From: Candidatus Hecatella orcuttiae
Lineage (GTDB): Archaea; Thermoproteota; Bathyarchaeia; Hecatellales; Hecatellaceae
DNA: 64,000 nt
Assembly (NCBI GenBank): GCA_002011035.2
Contig: MTLY02000001.1
Span: forward strand, 32,001 to 96,000
Reading direction: 5' to 3'
Part shown: positions 9,568-18,642 of the stretch, piece by piece
Position numbering within the stretch: position 1 is the first letter of the stretch
Layout of the letters: the number at the start of each line of letters is the position of its first letter
The notes under the pieces: model-generated
Database searches by the model: none
The model's input: only the letters and a program-made list of their open reading frames with translations
Told to the model about the DNA's origin: nothing
Position numbers and translations under genes: made by a program

Positions 9568-9999
9568 TTACCGTCCCTCCTTCTTGCCAGTGTTCCAGTT
9601 TAACGGCCCTAGTTGTCTGATTTTCTCTGTCATCTCATGAACTGTTTTGGCGAATTTTTCTCCCTCGGAGGCTGAGATCCATTCTAGCCTCACTCTCTCT
9701 TTCTCTATGCCGAACTGCTCCAGAAGCCTTGAAAGGAGAGTGTACCTTTTTAACATCATATAGTTCCCTTCCATGTAGTGGCAGTCTCCCGGGTGGCATC
9801 CTGCAATGAGAACTCCGTCAGCCCCTTGGGCTAGAGATTTAATTACGAATGTTGGGTCTATTCTGCCTGTGCAGTTAACTCGGATCGTGTACACGTTAGG
9901 TGGGTATTCCATCCTGCTTGTACCAGCCAAGTCGGCTCCCGCGTAGGCACACCACCGACACAGGAAACCGATTATTTTAGGTTCAAACTTCTCTCCCAA
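9568..9999 (-). CDS. mvhD: Methyl-viologen-reducing hydrogenase delta subunit [2Fe-2S]
   Basis: CRWCAYAGAD, CTGRID, GCHPGDCHY and WISASEG motifs. Confidence 0.95.
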   Translation of the reverse strand: MGEKFEPKIIGFLCRWCAYAGADLAGTSRMEYPPNVYTIRVNCTGRIDPTFVIKSLAQGADGVLIAGCHPGDCHYMEGNYMMLKRYTLLSRLLEQFGIEKERVRLEWISASEGEKFAKTVHEMTEKIRQLGPLNWNTGKKEGR

Positions 10000-10014
10000 T
10001 CAAAACACCCCTTT

Positions 10015-13000
10015 TTAAGTGGCCAAAATTCCCTCCACTTCCGCGTAAATCTGTTTATCTGTGAAACCTTGCTGTTTAATGGCGCTTGAAGGACATGCGG
10101 CAACGCAGACCCCGCAAGCTTTACAGAGGGTTTCTTGCACCACCGCCACTTCTTTTTCCTCGTCAAATTCTATTGCATTAAAGGGACAGGCTCGAATGCA
10201 AACCCGGCAGGCGGAGCAAAGGTTCTCATCAACTACCGCTATATCTGGCTCAACTTCCACTTTACCACGGTCGATAAGCGAGAGCGCCTCAGCTGCAGCT
10301 GCTCCTCCTTGAGCCACCGAGTCAGGTATGTCTTTAGGCCCTTGGCAGGCTCCTGCTATGTAGATGCCGTCGTTGGCCGTGGAGACTGGGGCTAACTTCG
10401 GATGTCTTTCTAGGAAGAAGCCGTCTCTGCTTCGGCTGAGAAGGAATGTTTTAGCGATCTTGTCGCTGTCTTTCCTCGGCTCCAAGGCTACGCTGAGAAT
10501 GACCATGTCCACCGGAATCCGCCGCACTACTCCGAGGAGGGTGTCCTCGCATACTACGATGAGTTTTCCCTCTTCTTCTGGGGTTTCAGCGAAATCTGTA
10601 ACCTCAGCGCCCTTACCTCTTATGAAAATCACTTCCTCGTTCATCACTCTCTTATAGAATTCTTCATACCCTTTGCCGAAGGCTCTGATGTCGATGTAGA
10701 GTTCGTAAACTTTAGCATCGGGTAGTTTCTCCCTAACTAGGTGAGCGAATTTCATGGACTGCATACAACATATCCGGGAACAATATTCGTGGTAGTTTTC
10801 ATCCCGGCTTCCGACGCAGTGGAGGATGGCTATGCTTTTAGGTGCCTCTCCGTTTTTGAGGGTTATCTTACCGCCAGTAGGCCCTGAAGCATTGCACATC
10901 CTCTCAAATTCGAGTGAGGTTACAACATTATCATAGACTCTATAACCGTACTGCCGAGCGATAGAGGGATCGAAAACGTCGAATCCTGTGGCTACAATGA
11001 CGGCTCCAACATCTATCTCCATCACTTCATCTTTCATCTCATGGTTAATTGCCTCCAGATCGCAGGCTTTAACGCATTCCAAGCATTCGGAACATATTCC
11101 GCAATCCATGCAGCGGTCAGCTTCACTTTTAGCTCGCTCGATGTCATAGCCTCGGACTACTTCGCTGAAATCTTTTATCCGCGCGCTAGGCTCTGCAACT
11201 TGAGGCTCAATCCGCTCCTGAACAGGGAAACGTTCTCTGAATTCCGCGATCTGCTCTTCGCTAGGTTCACGGGGAGCCTTCACTTCTTCCGGGGTGGGAG
11301 CTAAAGGCTCTCCTTTCAGGTATCTGTCAATGGACTGGGCGGCCTTTCTACCAGCAGCCATGGCATCGATGACGGTGGCAGGACCAGTTACCACGTCTCC
11401 TCCTGCGAATACACCTTCCAGATTGGTGGCTAGAGTGGCCTCGTCGACCTTCAGCGTCCCCGCGGGGGAAAGCTCTAAGCCTATCTCTTTGACGAATTCT
11501 AGGTCGGGTGTTTGGCCTATAGCAGCGATGAGGTTGTCTACTTCGATGGTGAATTCTGAACCTTCAATGGGAATAGGCCGCCGGCGCCCGCTGGCGTCAG
11601 GAGGGCCTAACTCCATCCGGATACATTCCACTTTTGATATTCGGCCTTTCTCCGCAATGATTCTTTTCGGAGCCACGAGGAACGTTAATTTAACGCCTTC
11701 CATTTCAGCAGCGTGAACTTCCTCCTTGCTGGCAGGCATCTCTTCGCGGGAACGCCTATAGAGAATAGTTGTAGAACTCCCCAGCCTAACTGCCACTCTA
11801 GCAGCGTCGATAGCAGTGTTTCCTCCGCCGACGACCACCACCCTGCGTCCCAGCTGAACTTTTTCACCCATGTTCACTCTGCGGAGAAAATCTAGGCCGG
11901 GGATAACGCCTTCCGAGTCTTCCCCAGGAATTCTGAGGCTCACACTCCGCTGAGCCCCTGCAGCCAAGAAGATGGCCTGGTATTTTTTCTTCAATTCCTT
12001 AAATCGAATCTGTTTTCCTACTTTAACGTTTGTCTTAATTTGCACTCCAAGCTTTTCAATGTAGCCAATGTCCTTGCTGAGGATGTCTCTGGGAAGACGG
12101 TAGGCGGGTATCCCCATCCGCAGCATTCCACCCGGTTCGCTAGCAGCTTCGAATATGGTGACATCATATCCCATGAGGGCTAGGTCATGAGCTGTGGTAA
12201 GACCTGCTGGACCTGAGCCTATGATGGCGACTTTCTTACCGTTTTTAGTTATGGACGGTATCTCTATTTCTTCAACATCAACCTGGTCAGCTGCAAATCT
12301 TTTGAGGGCGGCTATAGACAGAGGCTCGTCGACATATCTGCGGTTGCAGACGTTTTCACAGGGATGATAGCACACCCGGCCGCAGACGGCAGGGAGGGGA
12401 TTAGTTTTCCTGATGAGCTGGTAAGCTTCTTTGAATTTACCTTCAGCGATGAGGGCTAGATACCCCTGAACATCTTGATGGATGGGACAAGCTAACTTAC
12501 AGGGTGGAGTCTCCTTTTTGGAGATGAGGAAAGTATGAGGAACTGCCTGGGGAAACGGCATGTAAATGGCCTTGCGAAGGCCGAGGCCTAAGTCGAATTC
12601 GCTGGGTACTTCAACTGGGCAGACGTTGAGACATTCTCCACAAGCAGTGCATTTTTCAGGGTCTACGTATCTGGCTTTCTTTCTGATTTTGACCTTAAAG
12701 TTGCCTGCGAAACCTGAAAAGCCTTCAATCTCACTGTAAGCCAGTAGCTCAATGTTGGGGTTACTTCCAACCAAAGACATCTTGGGAGTGAGTATGCATG
12801 CAGCACAGTCTAGAGTTGGGAAAGTTTTATCAAACTGCGCCATGTGGCCGCCTATGGTGGGCTCTTTTTCTACTAGGTAGACTTTTTTACCGGAATCAGC
12901 AACTCTAAGAGCCGCCTCGATCCCGGCTATGCCTCCGCCCACAACCAATGTGTTCGGGTTCACACTGAAAGTTTTGATCTCCAAGGGCTCATGATGGGAA

Positions 13001-13389
13001 ACTCTTCTCACGGCAGCTGCTACCAGTCTTTTAGCTTTCTCCGTTGCAGCTTTACTATCCTCCGTAACCCATGAATCCTGCTCCCTGATGTTTGCCATCT
13101 GGAACAGGTACGGGTTCAAGCCTGTTTCATTCAAAACGCGCCTGAAAGTCTGCTCGTGCATCAGCGGTGAACATGAGGAAACAACGATGCGGTTTAAACC
13201 GCATTCCCTGATGTCTTTTTTGATCAAGTCTTGGCCTGGATCAGAGCACATGTATTTGTATTCTCTTGCCACCACAACTCCTTTTAGTTTAGAAGCAAAC
13301 TCTGTTACTTCTTGAACGTTCACTGTCCCTGCAATGTTCGTCCCACAATGGCATATGTAGACTCCAATTCGCTCTTCCACCAAATTCAC
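10015..13389 (-). CDS. hdrA: Heterodisulfide reductase subunit A with inserted GltD/NfnB-like NAD(P)H domain (HdrL-type)
   Basis: HdrA motifs (CHCG, KTFPTLDC, LEFER, CVGSR..YCSRICC, GACQGPKDIP) interrupted by a GltD module (PPCKLACP, CGRVCYHPCE, GSGPAG, GGGNTAID, YRRS, AGGD). Confidence 0.9.
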   Translation of the reverse strand: MNLVEERIGVYICHCGTNIAGTVNVQEVTEFASKLKGVVVAREYKYMCSDPGQDLIKKDIRECGLNRIVVSSCSPLMHEQTFRRVLNETGLNPYLFQMANIREQDSWVTEDSKAATEKAKRLVAAAVRRVSHHEPLEIKTFSVNPNTLVVGGGIAGIEAALRVADSGKKVYLVEKEPTIGGHMAQFDKTFPTLDCAACILTPKMSLVGSNPNIELLAYSEIEGFSGFAGNFKVKIRKKARYVDPEKCTACGECLNVCPVEVPSEFDLGLGLRKAIYMPFPQAVPHTFLISKKETPPCKLACPIHQDVQGYLALIAEGKFKEAYQLIRKTNPLPAVCGRVCYHPCENVCNRRYVDEPLSIAALKRFAADQVDVEEIEIPSITKNGKKVAIIGSGPAGLTTAHDLALMGYDVTIFEAASEPGGMLRMGIPAYRLPRDILSKDIGYIEKLGVQIKTNVKVGKQIRFKELKKKYQAIFLAAGAQRSVSLRIPGEDSEGVIPGLDFLRRVNMGEKVQLGRRVVVVGGGNTAIDAARVAVRLGSSTTILYRRSREEMPASKEEVHAAEMEGVKLTFLVAPKRIIAEKGRISKVECIRMELGPPDASGRRRPIPIEGSEFTIEVDNLIAAIGQTPDLEFVKEIGLELSPAGTLKVDEATLATNLEGVFAGGDVVTGPATVIDAMAAGRKAAQSIDRYLKGEPLAPTPEEVKAPREPSEEQIAEFRERFPVQERIEPQVAEPSARIKDFSEVVRGYDIERAKSEADRCMDCGICSECLECVKACDLEAINHEMKDEVMEIDVGAVIVATGFDVFDPSIARQYGYRVYDNVVTSLEFERMCNASGPTGGKITLKNGEAPKSIAILHCVGSRDENYHEYCSRICCMQSMKFAHLVREKLPDAKVYELYIDIRAFGKGYEEFYKRVMNEEVIFIRGKGAEVTDFAETPEEEGKLIVVCEDTLLGVVRRIPVDMVILSVALEPRKDSDKIAKTFLLSRSRDGFFLERHPKLAPVSTANDGIYIAGACQGPKDIPDSVAQGGAAAAEALSLIDRGKVEVEPDIAVVDENLCSACRVCIRACPFNAIEFDEEKEVAVVQETLCKACGVCVAACPSSAIKQQGFTDKQIYAEVEGILAT

Positions 13390-14279
13390 CTCTCCCTTTT
13401 AATCACACTCACTTTGTAAGGCTCGATGATTTTATCCACCGCCACCAACTCCTGTCCCAAGGCTACTTCACTCTCTATGGGACGACCGAAAGCTAACCCC
13501 AAAAGCTGGGTGAAATATAGTGTAGGCATAGAATAATGGGTTCCGAAAATCGAATTGACCCTATCTTGGGAAGCTTCCAAGTTCATCTGACACAACGGAC
13601 AAGCAGTAGCAATACAGTCCGCCCCTGATCTGGATGCAGCTTTTAACAGTCTTTCGATCAGCTTTAAGGCAGCCTCCTCATTGGTAACCCTCTGCATGCC
13701 GCCGCAACACTTCGCTTTTAAAGGAAACTTGACTGGTTCAGCGCCGATCCATCTGAGAAGCTGTTCCATGGTTTGAGGGTTTTCTTTGTCGTCAAAGGCT
13801 CCGAAAGGGCGAACAGTTTGGCAACCGTAGTAGGGCGCCACTTTCAAACCTTTGAGCGGGGCTGTAACCTTCGATTTCACTGCTTCTTCTCCTACATCGT
13901 TAACTATGATGTCAAGCAGATGACGTACTTTTAATGAGCCATAGTATTTGAGGTTGATTTCCCCTAAAGCCGCGTTCACATTTTCTCTCAGCTCTTTGTT
14001 TTCACATATATACCGATTGGTTTTATCTAGAACAACGTAGCATGCTGGACAGATTGTCGCTATATCCCGATTATACTTTTCAGCTAGAGCTAAGTTCCGG
14101 GCGGCAAGAATGTGAGCCCGCAGTTCGTAGATCGACATGTAGGCAGTAGCTCCGCAGCAGTTCCAATCATTCAATTCTAGAAGGTTCACTCCCAAAACTT
14201 TTGAAGCAGATAATGCAGAAATTTCATAGCTTTTATTCAGCCCTTTAACCGAACATCCCGGAAAATACGTATAATCCAA
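13386..14279 (-). CDS. hdrB: Heterodisulfide reductase subunit B
   Basis: YFPGC, CCGA, CPAC, YYGCQ, CCGG and CPLCQ (two CCG domains). Confidence 0.92.
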   Translation of the reverse strand: MDYTYFPGCSVKGLNKSYEISALSASKVLGVNLLELNDWNCCGATAYMSIYELRAHILAARNLALAEKYNRDIATICPACYVVLDKTNRYICENKELRENVNAALGEINLKYYGSLKVRHLLDIIVNDVGEEAVKSKVTAPLKGLKVAPYYGCQTVRPFGAFDDKENPQTMEQLLRWIGAEPVKFPLKAKCCGGMQRVTNEEAALKLIERLLKAASRSGADCIATACPLCQMNLEASQDRVNSIFGTHYSMPTLYFTQLLGLAFGRPIESEVALGQELVAVDKIIEPYKVSVIKRER

Positions 14280-14891
14280 TTACTTTTCTCCCCCTTTTGA
14301 ACGTTCAACTAGATTTGGCTCCATTTTTTTACTCACTAACCATCTGTCTATTTTATGGAGGTCTTCTACACCTTTGATCGTTTCCACGCCCAGCGGCAGA
14401 CGTCCACGTCTGAAGAGCTTTAGACCTAACATTGCTTGTGACAGAAGTTTTCCAGGTTTAGTTTTAGAGGTTTTCATGCCGTAGGTGGCCATTAGTTTCA
14501 TTTCAGGGATGCGGCCATACTTGTTAACCAGTTCGACGAAAGTTTTAGCTAGAATCGCCGCGCCTTGATGTTCTCCTAGTCCATATTCGATAGCTAGCCT
14601 TTTCAACTCATACATGAAGTCGGTGATTTTAATGCCCGCTGGACATCGGACGGTGCAAAGGTAGCATGAAGTACAAAGCCACATAGTGTTGCTTTTCAAA
14701 ACTCTATCTACCATTTCCGCTCTCAAAGATGCTATGATCTCTCGAGGGGTATAGTCCATAGCCCAGCTTGTCGGACAGGATGCTCCACAACTGCCACATT
14801 GAAGACATTTTTTAATGGTACTGCCTTCAGGGGTTGCGTACAAAGAATCTAGGAAACTTTTTGACTGGATGGAAGAAACGACCTCGGACAG
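14280..14891 (-). CDS. hdrC: Heterodisulfide reductase subunit C
   Basis: CLQCGSCGASCP and CTSCYLCTVRCP. Start extended from TTG 14843 to in-frame CTG 14891, 6 nt after a GGTGA RBS. Confidence 0.88.
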   Translation of the reverse strand: MSEVVSSIQSKSFLDSLYATPEGSTIKKCLQCGSCGASCPTSWAMDYTPREIIASLRAEMVDRVLKSNTMWLCTSCYLCTVRCPAGIKITDFMYELKRLAIEYGLGEHQGAAILAKTFVELVNKYGRIPEMKLMATYGMKTSKTKPGKLLSQAMLGLKLFRRGRLPLGVETIKGVEDLHKIDRWLVSKKMEPNLVERSKGGEK

Positions 14892-15096
14892 TACATTTCA
14901 CCTTGGCTATAGTATTTTCGATGGTATATATAAAAATTTTCTATATATAAACAATAAAAATAAATTTTTTACAAATAATAAAAAATAAAAAAGTATATAT
15001 AAATTTTAACCCCTCATCAACCCCCTCAAAAAGGTTAATTAACCAAGAAAAGGCTGAAAGCACGTAAATGTCTTCCTCAACCAAGAGGTTACACCT

Positions 15097-16143
15097 ATGG
15101 ACTATGTAACCCTAGCCCATGGAGCCGGTGGAACCGTCATGCAAAGTTTGATCAAAAAGTACTTTTTAGACTTTTTAGGAGGTAGCAAAGCCGAAGTTCC
15201 TCTGGAGGCCTTGGATGACGCAGCTGTGGTGGATGATGTCGTTCTTAAGTCCGACTCTCATACGGTTAAGCCTCTCTTTTTCCCAGGGGGGGATATCGGA
15301 CGGTTGGCTGTGGCGGGGACGGTTAACGATATAGCGGTTATGGGCGCGGAGCCCAAGGCCTTAGCCGCTGGCTTCATCATAGAGGAAGGGTTTCCCATAG
15401 CGAATTTAGATAAGGTTTTAAGGGGAATGAGAGACGCTTGCCGGGAAGCTGGAGTCTACGTGGTAACCGGTGACACCAAAGTTGTTGAAAAAGACGCTTT
15501 AGACCAGCTTGTGATAAACACCTCGGGAATAGGCAAAAGAAGTGAAGCTTTGGATGAAAACTTAGCTGTTGTAAAGAAATATCGGCCTATAGATTCCCGT
15601 TGGCTTTTAGATTCAAATCTCCGAAAAGGAGATAAGATAATAGTCTCAGGGACCGTAGGCGACCATGGACTAGCCCTGCTAGCTTTCAGGGAAGGCTACA
15701 ACTTCGGAGGAAACATCGTCTCCGATGTAGCTCCACTGAACAAACTAGTTCAGAAACTCCTAAAAGTGGGGGGTATAGTGAGTATGAAAGACCCGACTAG
15801 AGGCGGCTTGGCCAACACCCTCAACGAATGGAGCGAAAAATCGATGGTCGGAATCACCGTTAAAGAAAGTCGAATACCCATCTCCGAGGGTGTGAAAGCT
15901 GCCTGCGAAATGCTGGGCATAGACCCTCTGGAAGTGGGAAACGAAGGTAAATTGGTCATCGCAGTGGTTCCTCAGAAAGCCGAGGAAGTTCTCGCTGCTT
16001 TGAGGGATACAAAAGAAGGAAGGGAAGCCCAAATTGTCGGAGAGGCCACCGACAAATTCGGTGAAGTGGTTCTAGAGACAAGCGTAGGTGGACGAAGACT
16101 GCTCCCTCCGCCCGCAGGAGATCCCATCCCTAGGATCTGCTAG
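15097..16143 (+). CDS. hypE: Hydrogenase maturation carbamoyl dehydratase
   Basis: LAHGAGG, FFPGGDIG, GDTKVV, DPTRGG and C-terminal PRIC. Confidence 0.96.
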   Translation: MDYVTLAHGAGGTVMQSLIKKYFLDFLGGSKAEVPLEALDDAAVVDDVVLKSDSHTVKPLFFPGGDIGRLAVAGTVNDIAVMGAEPKALAAGFIIEEGFPIANLDKVLRGMRDACREAGVYVVTGDTKVVEKDALDQLVINTSGIGKRSEALDENLAVVKKYRPIDSRWLLDSNLRKGDKIIVSGTVGDHGLALLAFREGYNFGGNIVSDVAPLNKLVQKLLKVGGIVSMKDPTRGGLANTLNEWSEKSMVGITVKESRIPISEGVKAACEMLGIDPLEVGNEGKLVIAVVPQKAEEVLAALRDTKEGREAQIVGEATDKFGEVVLETSVGGRRLLPPPAGDPIPRIC

Positions 16144-16162
16144 GGAGGGCGCCGCCTAACTT

Positions 16163-17245
16163 TTACCTCGGTCCTCCACCGTATTTATATTCGATCTGGC
16201 ATGCACCTTCTATCGACACCATGCAAGGCCCTAGAGGGTGCGATGGTGTACAAGCTCGAGCGAAAAGCTGGCAGTCTTGAGGGTTCACCAATCCTCTGAG
16301 AATTTCGTTGCACCGGCATCCTTTCGGCTCAGGGAAATCCATGTTTTCCAGTTCTTTAAGTTGGTCTTCAAACCTCTTTCTGGCGTCATAATTCTGAAAC
16401 TTGTTTTTCAGCTTCATTCCTGAAGCCTTGACAACGGGGAAACCTCTCCAAGCTAGATCGACAGGCTCAAAAACTTTCTCCAACACTGCTAAAGCTTTAA
16501 CATTTCCCTCCGGCTTCACCGATCTTCTATATTCATTTTCAACCTTGGCTTCGCCTTTCTTAATTTGCTGCGCTAACATGTAAATGCCCATGAGAACATC
16601 TAAGGGTTCGAATCCCGCGATTACTTGGGGTATGTGGTATTTTTCCGAGAGCATCTGGTAAGGTCTTAGGCCGATGATGGTGCTTACGTGGCCGGGTTCT
16701 AAAAGTCCCTGGATAGCTAGGTCGCCCATCTCAAGCAGAGCGTGGAGGACCGGGGGAACGTAGCGGTGGCAGTTGAGGACTGTGAAGTTTTCCGGAGGAT
16801 CCCTAAGCAGAGTGACTGCTGTACTGGGAGCGGTGGTTTCGAAGCCTACTGCCAGAAAAATCACGTTTTTCCCGGTTTTCTTGGCCAAATTGACAGCGTC
16901 TTCGATGCTGTAGACTATTCTCACATCGCAGCCTTCAGCTCTGAGGTCTAAAAGCGAGCTTGCTCTCCCTGGAACTCGGACGGCGTCCCCGAAGGTTGCC
17001 AGCACATTCCCTTTTTTAGCCATGGTTATAGCCTCCTCGTATTCTCTAGTTGTAGTCACGCATACAGGGCATCCAGGGCCTTGTCTTACTTCGATTCCAC
17101 TTTGCTTGAAGAGGCTGTCTAGACCGAAGCGAACAATGGTATCTTGATGAGTTCCGCAGACGTGCATGATTCTAATTTTAAGATCTATCCCTTTCAGTTT
17201 TTCAACGATCTTTTTAGCGACTTCGCTGTCCCTGTATCTGAACAA
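16163..17245 (-). CDS. hypD: Hydrogenase maturation protein HypD
   Basis: VCGTH, GPGCPVC, GFETT, PGHVS and GPCMVS.EGAC motifs. Confidence 0.96.
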   Translation of the reverse strand: MFRYRDSEVAKKIVEKLKGIDLKIRIMHVCGTHQDTIVRFGLDSLFKQSGIEVRQGPGCPVCVTTTREYEEAITMAKKGNVLATFGDAVRVPGRASSLLDLRAEGCDVRIVYSIEDAVNLAKKTGKNVIFLAVGFETTAPSTAVTLLRDPPENFTVLNCHRYVPPVLHALLEMGDLAIQGLLEPGHVSTIIGLRPYQMLSEKYHIPQVIAGFEPLDVLMGIYMLAQQIKKGEAKVENEYRRSVKPEGNVKALAVLEKVFEPVDLAWRGFPVVKASGMKLKNKFQNYDARKRFEDQLKELENMDFPEPKGCRCNEILRGLVNPQDCQLFARACTPSHPLGPCMVSIEGACQIEYKYGGGPR

Positions 17246-17249
17246 GCTT

Positions 17250-17621
17250 TTACACCTCCATTTTCACAGATTTTATAATGCACTCTTTCCCTTCTACTAC
17301 TTGAATGTCATTTCCGCATTTCGGACACCGGAAAACCGGCAGCCTGAAATGGTAGGCTGGATTCTCCTCGTATGAGATAGGCCCTCGGTAGCCGCAGAGT
17401 TCACATTTCACCACTCCTTCCTTTTCTTGAACGTGGAGAGTCGAGCCTTCTAAGGGCGTCCCCTTCACCAAGGCTTGATAGCAGAACTTAACCTGTTCCA
17501 CGCTTAGGAAAGTAAGTTTCCCTATGGTAAGGCGGACTGCAAGAATTTTCTTTGCCCTCCGCTTGGATGCTTCGTCGAGAATTTTCTCCACGATCTGGGC
17601 GGTAAAAGAATATTCATGCAT
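17250..17621 (-). CDS. hypA: Hydrogenase nickel metallochaperone
   Basis: MHE N-terminus and two CxxC motifs. Confidence 0.95.
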   Translation of the reverse strand: MHEYSFTAQIVEKILDEASKRRAKKILAVRLTIGKLTFLSVEQVKFCYQALVKGTPLEGSTLHVQEKEGVVKCELCGYRGPISYEENPAYHFRLPVFRCPKCGNDIQVVEGKECIIKSVKMEV

Positions 17622-17643
17622 TTACAAGGACACCGGACTACGC

Positions 17644-18312
17644 TCAGAGTTCTAATGCTTCTAGAACGCTGTCTATTCCCTCACCACTTTTGCAGCTTAC
17701 TCTAGCTATTCGAGCTCTCGGATTAACTTTACTTATGTCCTCCTCCAGTTTATCCACATTTACATCCACGATTTCAGCTAGGTCGATCTTGTTGATGGCT
17801 ACCACATCGCTGCCGAGAAAAGACAGAGGATGTTTTACCACAATATAGGGGCCTTCGGTAACACTTACAACAGTGAGCCTCTTCTCCGACCCTAAGGGGA
17901 ACTCCACAGGGCAGATGATGTTTCCCACGTTCTCGATGAAAATGAGGCTTAGTTTTTCAAGGTCAAATTTTTTCAAGGCTTTTTGAACTAAATTCGCATC
18001 GAGATGACATTCTCTGCCTGTGTTTATCTGAACTACAGGAACTCTGTGCACTTTCAAGCGATCCGAGTCTATGGTTGTAGTTAGGTCCCCGTTGAGAACA
18101 GCGATACTGTATTTTTTCCCCAATTTTTGGATGAACCTGTCGATGAGAGAAGTTTTCCCCGAGCCCACGGAACCCATGATGTCTATAGCCTTTACACCAT
18201 GTTTTCTCAGCAGTTCCCTGTTTTCTTCCGCAAGCCGCCTGTTGGCTTGAAGAAGGTCTTCTTCAAGCTCGATGTCGTAGGTTTCGCCTTCAGCAGTTAC
18301 AACTTCTCGCAT
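17644..18312 (-). CDS. hypB: Hydrogenase nickel-incorporation GTPase
   Basis: GSGKT, CHLDA, ENVGN..CP and NKID motifs. Confidence 0.95.
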   Translation of the reverse strand: MREVVTAEGETYDIELEEDLLQANRRLAEENRELLRKHGVKAIDIMGSVGSGKTSLIDRFIQKLGKKYSIAVLNGDLTTTIDSDRLKVHRVPVVQINTGRECHLDANLVQKALKKFDLEKLSLIFIENVGNIICPVEFPLGSEKRLTVVSVTEGPYIVVKHPLSFLGSDVVAINKIDLAEIVDVNVDKLEEDISKVNPRARIARVSCKSGEGIDSVLEALEL

Positions 18313-18337
18313 CCGGCCTCCACCTCGAAAGAAAAAA

Positions 18338-18580
18338 TCAATATTTTCCTGATGGCGAAGTTTCAGCTGTGCTGAGCAGTTCCTCCCACAGCTTCAGGGT
18401 TTTTTCAGCTTCCTCCTTGTCTAGCACTTGGATGGCAAAACCGGCATGCACTATTACATATTCGCCTTCAGCCACATCAACTAGGGATATGTTTACGTCC
18501 CTTGTTACTCCGTCGCCGAAATCAACCTTGGCGATGTCGCCTTTTATCTCCTTTACTTTCGCTGGAACTGCTAGACACAA
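18338..18580 (-). CDS. hypC: Hydrogenase assembly chaperone
   Basis: MCLAVP and VHAGFA motifs. Confidence 0.96.
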   Translation of the reverse strand: MCLAVPAKVKEIKGDIAKVDFGDGVTRDVNISLVDVAEGEYVIVHAGFAIQVLDKEEAEKTLKLWEELLSTAETSPSGKY

Positions 18581-18642
18581 TTTCTTTTATGCCACCATTG
18601 CATACTCAATTAGTGTTATCTTATATTAACAATTCTCCTTTT

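Noticed and set aside
7152-13389. Selenocysteine recoding in Mvh/Hdr
   Set aside because: All frames are open with Cys at the relevant positions; no in-frame TGA.
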